A stretch of DNA of 64,000 bases from Escherichia phage vB_Eco_mar004NP2. A program made the translations under genes and the position numbers. Positions within the stretch are counted from its first letter, which is position 1. Each line of letters opens with the position of its first letter. Location: sequence record NC_048205.1; one strand, written 5' to 3'. Positions 17,347 through 25,712 of the stretch are shown piece after piece. A model generated the notes under the pieces. It saw only the letters and a list, made by a program, of their open reading frames with translations, did no database searches and had not been told where the DNA came from.

Positions 17347-17665
17347 TATTGAAACTGGTCTAATAGACGGTGAAGATATTGTCAACTCCATGCTAGAAGT
17401 AACAGTAGATAATATTAATCCTATTTTGGCTGGAGAAACCTCAGATCTTATAGGACTCTCTAGCACATTTGATTCTTTGGCTAAATTAGCTTTAGACGAT
17501 GAAGATATAACCAAAGAAGATCTCGCTACAGCTATGAATATGGCTATTAATGCTTACATCGGTAAACGTACTGATGAACTTGGTAAACAGATCAATAAGC
17601 GTGATGCTACGCTAGGTCTTATGGAAACGGCCACTATGTTAAGAAGTGGTAAACAACTTCATTAA
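17294..17665 (+). CDS. hypothetical acidic protein, 123 aa
   Basis: start at ATG after AGGAAACC; track start 17228 would overlap the upstream gene by >100 nt. Confidence 0.45.
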   Translation: MTEKKNPLLEQMKEWESNIETGLIDGEDIVNSMLEVTVDNINPILAGETSDLIGLSSTFDSLAKLALDDEDITKEDLATAMNMAINAYIGKRTDELGKQINKRDATLGLMETATMLRSGKQLH

Positions 17666-17670
17666 TTTTA

Positions 17671-17708
17671 GGAGGCCAGGACTTAGTTGTTCTGGCCTTT
17701 TATGTTTT
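17671..17708 (+). terminator. rho-independent terminator
   Basis: hairpin GGCCAGGA...TCTGGCC followed by T-rich run. Confidence 0.6.
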
Positions 17709-17721
17709 CAAGGAACTTCAA

Positions 17722-17925
17722 ATGCAAGTATATGTCCTTACTAGAGATATAAATGAGTATAATCAGGATGGTGAGTATTTTGTAAAAGTATTCGCTGAAA
17801 AGCCAAGTAAACAACAATTATTAGATGCGGGGGTACCCGAAGACCAGGCTAAGTGTATACTACAAGATAAAGAGTTTACCGGGGATGCTTACGAATGTTT
17901 CTACCTTAACTGTGAGACTATTTAA
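17722..17925 (+). CDS. hypothetical protein, 67 aa
   Basis: ATG after AAGGAACTTCA. Confidence 0.45.
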   Translation: MQVYVLTRDINEYNQDGEYFVKVFAEKPSKQQLLDAGVPEDQAKCILQDKEFTGDAYECFYLNCETI

Positions 17926-17926
17926 T

Positions 17927-18373
17927 ATGAGAGAGAAAGTAAATGAATTATTAATCGAGGAAGCTAACAACTTTCCAATAAATAGGTTCATCAAATCGGA
18001 TGGATCTATTAATAGAACTAAAATTAAGCAGCTACATCCCGACTTCCAACAAGAAGCACTAAACCTTATATTTATCAAGAAAGCTGTTGCAGCTCATGGA
18101 GCTTTCTTCGGGTATGAGCGTGTAAATTATAAGACAATGCAACAGCAAGTTGAGATCTATTGTCCAGATCACGATGGTTATTACTGGCAAACTGCTAGAT
18201 CTCATTTAGAAGGTCATGGATGTCGACTGTGCGCACACAAGGTTGTGCAGCGTGTCACGGATTATGGAACTTATACCGTACCAGCATGTTACCATAAATT
18301 TGTAATTGACGATAATCATATAGTTTGGTATAATAAGTTTTCAAAGCTAAGAATGGAGATAAGTAGTGAGTAG
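17927..18373 (+). CDS. hypothetical Cys/His-rich protein, 148 aa
   Basis: ATG right after upstream stop; track start 17825 overlaps upstream gene. Confidence 0.45.
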   Translation: MREKVNELLIEEANNFPINRFIKSDGSINRTKIKQLHPDFQQEALNLIFIKKAVAAHGAFFGYERVNYKTMQQQVEIYCPDHDGYYWQTARSHLEGHGCRLCAHKVVQRVTDYGTYTVPACYHKFVIDDNHIVWYNKFSKLRMEISSE

Positions 18374-18656
18374 CTATATTGTATGGTCAAACCCACTAGC
18401 AGCACTTAGTAACAAACTATTTAAAACAACGTGGGGGTATAATGAAATAGACTTAGGTAGTCGCCCAATACCAAACAAACACCCCTTAGTTCCAGAGCTG
18501 TATAAGGTAGTGATAAATGGCACGGAGTATTTGGTTGATAAATTTGACAGAAAACGTTTACTAGAGGGTATCTACGATAATTCTACATCGATAAATGAAT
18601 TAGTAGAACATGCCCAAATATACGATAAGAGCTGGATGTTAATATGGAGATCATAG
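18366..18656 (+). CDS. hypothetical protein, 96 aa (GTG start)
   Basis: GGAG 8 nt upstream. Confidence 0.4.
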   Translation: MSSYIVWSNPLAALSNKLFKTTWGYNEIDLGSRPIPNKHPLVPELYKVVINGTEYLVDKFDRKRLLEGIYDNSTSINELVEHAQIYDKSWMLIWRS

Positions 18657-18877
18657 TAATTATTTTAGCAGTTATGTTATTTATTGTAACATTTGTATCG
18701 TTTGCTATTATGCGCAGAGCTATAGAACTAGCGGAAGATATAACAAAATTACGCGGTGAGTTGGCTGCTCTTAAACTACAACGTGAAGCCCTCAAGCTAT
18801 TTGTAGCTCAAGGTAGCGTAGAGCATACAGCAGAAGACTTCATCATATATCTCAAACGTTACATGGGAGTTAAATAA
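18644..18877 (+). CDS. small TM + coiled-coil protein, 77 aa
   Basis: hydrophobic N-terminus. Confidence 0.4.
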   Translation: MEIIVIILAVMLFIVTFVSFAIMRRAIELAEDITKLRGELAALKLQREALKLFVAQGSVEHTAEDFIIYLKRYMGVK

Positions 18878-19062
18878 TGGAAACTCTTTTTCTTTTAATG
18901 CTCGTAGGTTCCTTGCTAGTTATATTAGCACTTCTACTGATCTGCAATATTCTTAATAATAAGAATCTAGAGCTAAAGTGTGAGAACCAAATCCTTAACC
19001 GTGAACTTAAACAATATAATCTAGCAGCCCATAAACTGTTAGACAAACTGGAGAATAAATAA
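18877..19062 (+). CDS. small TM + coiled-coil protein, 61 aa
   Basis: hydrophobic N-terminus, ATGA overlaps both sides. Confidence 0.4.
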   Translation: METLFLLMLVGSLLVILALLLICNILNNKNLELKCENQILNRELKQYNLAAHKLLDKLENK

Positions 19063-19664
19063 TGTTTACACAACAACCTATTCAAGTAGTACCAGACCAT
19101 GAACTGAACACATGGGATTATAGCCTTAAAGATTTAACTGCTACTGTACAATTCAAATCTATGAAGCTAACATTTGCACACACTGACCTTAGAGCCTGTA
19201 AAGATCTTGAAGGTAAGCTCGAAGATGCTCGTAGGATTTTTGGCACGGCTCGCATCCCGGCTGATAACCTGATTAATGCACTAATCGATGCGGGATACAA
19301 ACTCGTGAAGACTGAGGTGAACCGCCCCAATACTCCAGTGACTATTAGAGACCCGTGGCAGTCAGGGCCAAATACAATGTGGAACAGCCCTAAAATAACG
19401 TCGGATTTGCACAATGTTCCTTGTGGGGGTGTGGTAAGTAGTACGAAGTCATATAAGTTTGGTGAAGATTATGGGCCTTCTGTACAGTTAAAGCATACCC
19501 AAGAAGCTCTTGAATCTGACATGAAAAGCGTAGCGCCTGCGGATACTGAAGGTTTTAGAAGTCCCATCTATGTTACTCACTTTAATAATCTTAGACCTGG
19601 GAGTATAAATGATACTATCCTTGAGGCGTTGGGAGCTGCTCTTAATGAGAGTAAAAAGGATTAA
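19062..19664 (+). CDS. hypothetical protein, 200 aa
   Basis: ORF track. Confidence 0.55.
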   Translation: MFTQQPIQVVPDHELNTWDYSLKDLTATVQFKSMKLTFAHTDLRACKDLEGKLEDARRIFGTARIPADNLINALIDAGYKLVKTEVNRPNTPVTIRDPWQSGPNTMWNSPKITSDLHNVPCGGVVSSTKSYKFGEDYGPSVQLKHTQEALESDMKSVAPADTEGFRSPIYVTHFNNLRPGSINDTILEALGAALNESKKD

Positions 19665-19744
19665 TAATTTCCTAATACATGAGCCTCTACGGAGGCTCTA
19701 AAATAAAAAGAAGGTCATCCAGACCTTAAAAACGGGAGATAATA

Positions 19745-20629
19745 ATGTATAACTTTAAAGATAAACTAAGACAAAATGCTGGTAAAACAAAACCTAAAGA
19801 GAATAATAATGTTCCTAATGCCAAAGTATTACCATTTCCAGAACTGTCTCAAGAAGAAAAAGATAAGTTAGCATTTATGTTTGATGCTCTTCTAGGGCTA
19901 AGTGGACGTTTATATTCCTCACTCAATATTAATGAGAAACGTCTAGTAGAGATGTTCTGTAAACGTTACCAAGTTACTTCAAAGGGCAATTCTTATAAAG
20001 AAGGTGAAAAAGCATTTACAGTCTTAAAGATTAGCGCATATGCACATCGTTTCTTAGTTTATGGATTGCAAATGGAATACTTCACCATCCCATCATTTAG
20101 CTCTTTCCATATCTTTGAAGATGAACGAATGAATATTGATGATCTCTATGGGGATACGTACAAATACTCAGGAAGTCCATTCCACGATGCATTAAGGAGC
20201 TACCCTACTAGTTACTTACCAGTTAGGGCATCTCAAGGTAAAGCTAGCGTTTTTGCTGTTTACTCAGGATCTAAAGCATCGGATCTAGAAACTTATATAT
20301 TTAAAGAGCGTAAATCTGTACTTCCAGATGAAGCATTGTATAGCAATCCATTGCTTCCAGAAAAAGAACCAGAGAAAATTGATGTAACCCCACCAATCCC
20401 ATCTGATTCTCAATATTTAATTTATGAGAAACAAGTTAAGTTATCCCTAGAAATTGGGTTAGTTACACCGCTTGCTGCAGCGTTCATAAATAGATACCTA
20501 GAAATCCCAGATGAGTTCCACCAACGTTATAATACGAATATTCAGATAACGGATGAATTAATTGCGTTAGCAAAAGATACACCTACTGACACTGAGGCGT
20601 ATCAAAAAGCATACCAAGAGTTATTATAA
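19745..20629 (+). CDS. hypothetical protein, 294 aa; last gene before the higher-GC island
   Basis: ORF with RBS AACGGGAGATAATA. Confidence 0.6.
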   Translation: MYNFKDKLRQNAGKTKPKENNNVPNAKVLPFPELSQEEKDKLAFMFDALLGLSGRLYSSLNINEKRLVEMFCKRYQVTSKGNSYKEGEKAFTVLKISAYAHRFLVYGLQMEYFTIPSFSSFHIFEDERMNIDDLYGDTYKYSGSPFHDALRSYPTSYLPVRASQGKASVFAVYSGSKASDLETYIFKERKSVLPDEALYSNPLLPEKEPEKIDVTPPIPSDSQYLIYEKQVKLSLEIGLVTPLAAAFINRYLEIPDEFHQRYNTNIQITDELIALAKDTPTDTEAYQKAYQELL

Positions 20630-20685
20630 TATTCTGCATGTCTCGGTGCACAATACCTGTACCGAGACTCAAATACAAACTCTCG

Positions 20686-20714
20686 TTGACAGATAGCTAA
20701 ATGTATGTTATCAT
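20686..20714 (+). promoter_or_regulatory. strong sigma70-like promoter (-35 TTGACA, 17 bp, -10 TATCAT) firing into a non-coding repeat field
   Basis: perfect -35 and 5/6 -10 with ideal spacing; no ORF with an RBS downstream for 1.6 kb. Confidence 0.45.
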
Positions 20715-21162
20715 AACTCTATGAGTTAATAGAATTAACCATTTAGAGTTGCCACACAGAAGGTGTGGTGGTTCAGTAATTTAAAATTACTAACTTGTAG
20801 CGGAGGATACGGAGCGACAGGACAAGTTAATAAGTAATTTAATATAAATTGCTAGAAACATCACGAGACCTTCTGGCGGGGGCAAAGCTCTATATGAGAA
20901 CCCTGGGGGATCTTATATTTAAAATAAAAGTAAAACTTTTGACCATATAATTTACATTCAAGATGATACACCTGTTGCCGCTCATCTGCTAGGATGGCAC
21001 AACACTTTCTTCTAGACTCCTAAGTTTCTAGGAAAACTCTTACACTCTAGGGCAGTTTCTCTCCAACGTTACATATCCTAGGCCGGTTTAATACAGGGCG
21101 GTTATTGGGAGGGCGGTTATTTCTAGAAGACATTTTTCCAAAACACATTTCCAGAAATTACT

Positions 21163-21764
21163 GTCGGATTCGCACATTGTGTTTCTAGAAATTTATGGTC
21201 GGATTTGCACAATTGCCTAAGTTTTCATGGACACATAATCTCCTGAAAATGGCAGCATTATTTCGGGCCGAAGGCCCATGATTGCCTGAGTTTTTAGAGC
21301 CACAAGAATTTTCACTTGTCAAGCTATTTTGCCACCTTTAGCAAATAAAATTTTACTTTATCTCCACTAATCTCAAATTAACCCAAATCTTCTCAACTCT
21401 TCCCCCAAAAACGCAGCAAATCAGGCGTTGCACGCCACCCATGCTGCTCCTCCAGTTTCTCCACTTATTTTCTCTCGCTCTCTCATCTTCTCCTCAAACC
21501 TATACAATCACACACCCTCCAATCGAAGTCACAAAAATCTTGTCGGATTCGCACATCTTAATCCTAGAAAAACCGTGTCGGATTTGCACATATCCCACAG
21601 GATTCGAACGCAGTTCGAGATTGCTGGAGTTTTTGGGAAAATTCATTGTCGGATTTGCACACTATAAAAATTTTTGGGGTCGGATTTGCACACTACCAAA
21701 AATTGTCGGATTCGCACATACACGCCCGCGCGTAATCCATGGTGGCAAATGTCGGATTTGCACA
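21163..21764 (+). repeat. array of 8 direct repeats GTCGGATT(T/C)GCACA
   Basis: copies at 21163, 21198, 21542, 21577, 21648, 21679, 21705, 21751, all same orientation; candidate injection-stop or protein-binding array. Confidence 0.8.
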
Positions 21765-21796
21765 AAAGCGCAGGGCAATTGCCCTGCGCTAAATAC

Positions 21797-21991
21797 GAAT
21801 GATAATGAGAATCATTCGTATTTAAAAAGCGGAATAAGAATGATAATAGTTCTCATTTAGAAAGTGAAATGAGAATCAATCTCATTTAAGAAAGGGAATG
21901 AGAACTATTCAAAAAATGAAATGATTCTCATTTAAAAAATGGAATGATTATCGGTTAGATAGTGAAATGCGAATGATAATGATTCTCATTT
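21797..21991. promoter_or_regulatory. cluster of about 6 imperfect palindromes AATGAGAAT-N-ATTCTCATT (operator-like; resemble Fur-box halves)
   Basis: copies near 21804, 21845, 21866, 21897, 21918, 21971; further copies at 22328-22348 and 31322-31339. Confidence 0.6.
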
Positions 21992-22096
21992 AAGAATGGA
22001 AGCGAGAAACACTATTATTTAAGTTACCCACAGACTTATTAACAGCACGATTTGATTTGACAGAATCCTAGCCATTTTGAGGCGTTATCAACAGAC

Positions 22097-22105
22097 TTAT
22101 CCACA
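22097..22105 (+). promoter_or_regulatory. DnaA box TTATCCACA
   Basis: exact 9-mer consensus inside left IR arm. Confidence 0.6.
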
Positions 22106-22113
22106 GCTTATCC

Positions 22114-22133
22114 TACTGTATAAATATACAGTA
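22114..22133. promoter_or_regulatory. LexA (SOS) box-like palindrome TACTGTATAAATATACAGTA
   Basis: CTGT-N8-ACAG with AT-rich spacer, 19/20 match to E. coli consensus TACTGTATATATATACAGTA. Confidence 0.55.
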
Positions 22134-22389
22134 TTCCTACGCAGTGAATAATTCTAATATAGCGTTAAAACGTCCTAAATCGCATTCTAACGCGCTTAAT
22201 TTTGATGGGGATACTAAAACAAGGGCAAAATTGGAGGAGGCTTAAAAATTAGTTAGCTTGCTAACGATCACACAAGGCGACACGTAACACCCTAATCATT
22301 AGCAGGCTAACCATCACGGGCGCGGTTAAATGAGAATCACTCTCATTTGAGAATTGGGGGCACTCCCTGGTAGTTGCGCCCCGTTATTA

Positions 22390-22584
22390 TTAGTCTGGTA
22401 GTCGATGCGTGATCTTTTCCTCCTCCCCGTAGGAATCCACCAAATGCTGATAATAACCATCGTGATCATAAATCACTTTATCATACTCGCCACGCTCGAC
22501 CGCTTGTCGGTTTTCCGGCGTATCGGGCACGTAAAAAACATCAACCATTGTACTGATTTTGGTTACAACAATTTTATTGCTCAT
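22390..22584 (-). CDS. cassette gene 7, hypothetical acidic protein (64 aa from internal ATG)
   Basis: ORF track 22390..22614 uses TTG; ATG at 22584 has AGGGG RBS. Confidence 0.4.
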   Translation of the reverse strand: MSNKIVVTKISTMVDVFYVPDTPENRQAVERGEYDKVIYDHDGYYQHLVDSYGEEEKITHRLPD

Positions 22585-22686
22585 AATAACCCCTAGTAAA
22601 TATATTTTTGCCAATAGTGGCGAACGTTATCGCCACCAGCGGAATCATTTGCAGCCTCAACATTACCCGCGAAAATATATATAATC

Positions 22687-23031
22687 TCATTGCGCCACCT
22701 TTCGAAACGCTGTTTCAATACTATCCGCAGTGGATTGAATATACGCGCCTTTCATTATCAGGCGCTCGGTGCATATCTTGCGAAAAATATTAATAAAATC
22801 ATCTTCATTTTCTGCAATTAACGCCTCACCCATGACCTGAACGTCGCAAGATGCAAAGGTCAAAAATTGAAACGCTAGTTCACGGGCAACGACCGCATTG
22901 ATTTTATAATGCGCCTTGCCTTCATAAATATTAATAACGCCCTTATAAGCTGGGGAAAGCTGATTTAAGTAGTTTGCTAGTAATGCCGGACGGCAATTAG
23001 CAACAAAACGATTGCCTTCATAAATTACCAT
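22687..23031 (-). CDS. cassette gene 6, hypothetical protein, 114 aa
   Basis: ATG at 23031 with GGGGAG RBS, 1 nt after upstream stop; the track start 23070 is a TTG that would overlap the upstream gene. Confidence 0.45.
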   Translation of the reverse strand: MVIYEGNRFVANCRPALLANYLNQLSPAYKGVINIYEGKAHYKINAVVARELAFQFLTFASCDVQVMGEALIAENEDDFINIFRKICTERLIMKGAYIQSTADSIETAFRKVAQ

Positions 23032-23032
23032 T

Positions 23033-23245
23033 TTATAGCACTCCCCGAAACGCAGCGTAAAAGGTGGCAAAATGTTTAACTGTTTCAGCTATCACGTTGC
23101 CCCGTTTATCGAATTTTTTCTCGGTAACACGGAAGGCGTTTTTATTTCGCGCTACATATTCAATTTTACAATCTTCCCGCTCGAACGTGTTAACGTCCAC
23201 CAGCTTAAAGCCTTTTGAACGTGCAAGGGAAACGTTACGAATCAT
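23033..23245 (-). CDS. cassette gene 5, hypothetical basic protein, 70 aa
   Basis: ORF directly after small TM ORF. Confidence 0.45.
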   Translation of the reverse strand: MIRNVSLARSKGFKLVDVNTFEREDCKIEYVARNKNAFRVTEKKFDKRGNVIAETVKHFATFYAAFRGVL

Positions 23246-23247
23246 TT

Positions 23248-23397
23248 TTATTCTCCTTTACTAGTCATGCAGCCCAGCAGATAAGAAAATACAGCGATAC
23301 CCGCACCAATAATAACCGCGTGAACGCCGAAAGCTATTGCAAAAAGTGATAAAATAGCGCCCAAGATACCTGCTAGAATAGCTCGAAAAATAACCAT
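23248..23397 (-). CDS. cassette gene 4, small hydrophobic protein, 49 aa (not in ORF track)
   Basis: ATG after AGGAGG RBS; MVIFRAILAGILGAILSLFAIAFGVHAVIIGAGIAVFSYLLGCMTSKGE, two predicted TM helices. Confidence 0.35.
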   Translation of the reverse strand: MVIFRAILAGILGAILSLFAIAFGVHAVIIGAGIAVFSYLLGCMTSKGE

Positions 23398-23446
23398 TTG
23401 TGATAGCCTCCTAGTTATCGGGGGATATTATATCCCCCGTTATTAA

Positions 23447-23677
23447 TTACATTAAAACAATTTTTGCAGCTTGTTTTTTGGTGCAATGTTCCGCCTTCAG
23501 GGTATCCAGCAAAAAGCCAGCCGTTTGCTGATCGATTTTATCGGCGTTATATAGTTCCTGAATGGTATTATAGGTTTTAGCAATACCGAACTCCTGCACC
23601 ATTTCATAGATGACAGCACGATTAGATACCCAGCCTTGCGCGGTAAACAGATGACTAGCAGAAGAATAAGCAACCAT
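23447..23677 (-). CDS. cassette gene 3, hypothetical protein, 76 aa
   Basis: internal ATG at 23677 with GGAGG RBS preferred over track start 23710. Confidence 0.45.
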   Translation of the reverse strand: MVAYSSASHLFTAQGWVSNRAVIYEMVQEFGIAKTYNTIQELYNADKIDQQTAGFLLDTLKAEHCTKKQAAKIVLM

Positions 23678-23783
23678 TTTAAGCCTCCAAATTTTTGGGA
23701 AAATTTTCAACCGTCCTTAAACGGTGTAAAGGCATTATAACAAAAAAGGCCACCAATTATGGCGACCTTTACAAAACTTTACA

Positions 23784-24278
23784 TTAAACTACTTGTAATG
23801 TTTCAATATTGAAACATCGTTTCAATTCGTCATGCAAAACAGCGTATTCATCCCATCGGGTACTATCAGGGATATAAACAAGCTGTTTTAGTCGGTTTGC
23901 GTATATTACCGCTTTATTTCCGATTATTTCAGCGCCACCATATTTAATAATTAATTTCATGACGGAATTAATAGGATCGCCGCCGTTTACATATGTGCCG
24001 GATTTACTTAATTGATAATGATAAAGGCTTGCATATACATTATCATTCTCATACCATTCGCCCGTTTCCTCATCTTCATAGCCATCGCTACCAAAACGAG
24101 AAGCATTATCAACAGCCATTTCATGAGCGAAAGCGTCGAGATCCGTACCAGCAGGAACAAAATATTCCTCAGTATTCCCTTCACCGCAATAGCCAGTATG
24201 ACAATCGACCAAAATGATCATATCATGTTTAGCCTTGCTCACTTCCCCTAGCGAAAACCCATATTTTTCCTCAGCCAT
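23784..24278 (-). CDS. cassette gene 2, hypothetical acidic protein, 164 aa
   Basis: ATG with AGGAGG RBS; no recognisable motif. Confidence 0.55.
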   Translation of the reverse strand: MAEEKYGFSLGEVSKAKHDMIILVDCHTGYCGEGNTEEYFVPAGTDLDAFAHEMAVDNASRFGSDGYEDEETGEWYENDNVYASLYHYQLSKSGTYVNGGDPINSVMKLIIKYGGAEIIGNKAVIYANRLKQLVYIPDSTRWDEYAVLHDELKRCFNIETLQVV

Positions 24279-24343
24279 TTATTAGCCTCCTATTAATTAA
24301 TAAGGGAATAGTAAAGCGGGGAAACAATCCCCGCTAAATATTA

Positions 24344-25336
24344 TTACTCGCTTTCGGTGCTAGTGGTAAAAGTAGAAATATCGATACCTTTCACCATTTC
24401 ATCAATCATTTCAGCGATGTTAAAACTTTGCACCATTTCTAGCATTGCCGCTTCCATAGCTGCGCCTGCTACCGCTTTCGCTTTCTGGTTATTCGGGGCG
24501 TACTGGTCAACCGCTACGCTCAGCAGGTTAGCAATAACTACCCGACCAATCGGCGTATCAATATAACCTTTAATCATAAACGGCGCTTTTTTAGCCGCTA
24601 CTTTCGTGATTTGAGTCAATGCAATTTTGCCAGCTTCCAGTTTTGCAGCATTTACAACAGCGGATTTATTAGCGGCAACGATATTAGCGATCTTGGTCAT
24701 GGTATTATTTCCTTTGTTTTCAGTAGTTTGAGTGTTAACGCTTTGAGTGTTAGAATTTACAGCATGTTTTTCCGTGTTGTCAATAGGCTGATCTTCCTCC
24801 TTCCAGAAAGAAAAGCCCGCGCTTTCAATATCCCCATCATATACATAAGGGTACACTTCCGACGGTAACAAAAAATTACCGTTATCATCAAAGGCCATTA
24901 CAGCCGCGAAACGATACCCGTCACAATCCGACCGATTCCAGCCAACTGATAAATAACGCCAAAATGAATCAAGAAAATTTTCAATATCATAAAGATCATT
25001 GGGGTTGGCTTCATAATTTTCTATTGAAAAAACTTCTAAGCCTGCCCCAGTATCATAGGCTTTTACTGTGCTACCTTTTACGATTATGAAATCAGTATCC
25101 GGCCCTCGACTAGTGAGCAATTGATAATCTTGATTATATAAAACAAGCGTTGCCCCTTGTTTATATAACGGTAGAAAACTATTCATATCATAGGCATCGA
25201 AATCACCAAAAAAGTTTTGGTGAATAGTTTCAGCCTTGTTAATAAAATGTTTAATGCTGGTTGTTCTGCTACCGTCCAGCAGGTTACGCAGCGCACCTTT
25301 TAAGACGGTTGCGTTATCTGGTTTATATAGCCTCAT
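24344..25336 (-). CDS. cassette gene 1, hypothetical two-domain protein, 330 aa (Ala/Lys-rich C-terminal third)
   Basis: ATG with GAGGGAGG RBS; preceded by own promoter. Confidence 0.6.
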   Translation of the reverse strand: MRLYKPDNATVLKGALRNLLDGSRTTSIKHFINKAETIHQNFFGDFDAYDMNSFLPLYKQGATLVLYNQDYQLLTSRGPDTDFIIVKGSTVKAYDTGAGLEVFSIENYEANPNDLYDIENFLDSFWRYLSVGWNRSDCDGYRFAAVMAFDDNGNFLLPSEVYPYVYDGDIESAGFSFWKEEDQPIDNTEKHAVNSNTQSVNTQTTENKGNNTMTKIANIVAANKSAVVNAAKLEAGKIALTQITKVAAKKAPFMIKGYIDTPIGRVVIANLLSVAVDQYAPNNQKAKAVAGAAMEAAMLEMVQSFNIAEMIDEMVKGIDISTFTTSTESE

Positions 25337-25367
25337 TTGTTGGCCTCCCTCGTTAATCGGTGAGTGA

Positions 25368-25397
25368 ATGATAAAGGCAATTTTCTAGCATAGGCAA
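25368..25397 (-). promoter_or_regulatory. sigma70 promoter of antisense cassette (-35 TTGCCT, 18 bp, -10 TATCAT on - strand)
   Basis: hexamers read on reverse complement, AT-rich upstream element, about 30 nt upstream of gene 1 start. Confidence 0.5.
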
Positions 25398-25472
25398 ATA
25401 TTATTTTACCTTTTTATTTTCCTTGCCTAGCGCCTAGTTTTATGCTAACCGCGCAGCGGTACAGTAAAGAGC

Positions 25473-25510
25473 AAAACACGGTGAAGCCACCAGGGCGACG
25501 GGTGAAGGCT
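25473..25510. terminator. hairpin GTGAAGCC...GGCTTCAC, terminator-like on both strands
   Basis: stem with T-rich flank on either strand, between right IR and cassette promoter. Confidence 0.4.
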
Positions 25511-25601
25511 TCACTTTAATATTACCCCACCGCATTTAGCTCGTTAGAAAGCGTTTTAGGCCGCCTAAAATTGATTGCAGTTGTTAACACTACCTTTTTA
25601 C

Positions 25602-25712
25602 CCTGTATATTTATACAGTAGGATAACATGTGGATAAGTCTGTGGATAAGTCCTTATATCGTCGCCTATCGTGTCAAATCATTTTGTGCTGTTAATAAAC
25701 TTGTGGATAACT
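25602..25712. repeat. right arm of inverted repeat; contains LexA-like box CTGTATATTTATACAG (25603-25618) and three DnaA boxes
   Basis: TGTGGATAA at 25629, 25641, 25702 (reverse complement of TTATCCACA). Confidence 0.8.

Larger units (their letters stand above)
22021..22133. repeat. left arm of ~110-bp imperfect inverted repeat flanking the antisense cassette
   Basis: reverse complement of 25602-25712 matches at both ends (AAGTTAYCCACA...TTATTAACAGCAC ... CAGACTTATCCACAG-TTATCCTACTGTATAAATATACAG). Confidence 0.8.

Noticed and set aside
21163-21764. Possible CRISPR array, because of the eight direct repeats
   Set aside because: Repeat unit is only 14 bp, spacing is highly irregular (20 to >300 bp), there is no leader or cas gene, and the context is a virulent-phage non-coding region; it behaves like a binding-site array.
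21428-21860. ORF-track entries 21428..21667 and 21441..21860 inside the repeat field
   Set aside because: No RBS, the reading frame is made of the direct repeats and palindromes (low-complexity translation), so most likely spurious.
22021-25712. IS element or transposon, because of the inverted repeats flanking a gene cassette
   Set aside because: No transposase, integrase or recombinase motif in any of the seven ORFs, no target-site duplication next to the repeats, and GC/codon usage matches the surrounding pre-early genes; the arms look like regulatory sites rather than transposon ends. Inversion is left open in the findings.
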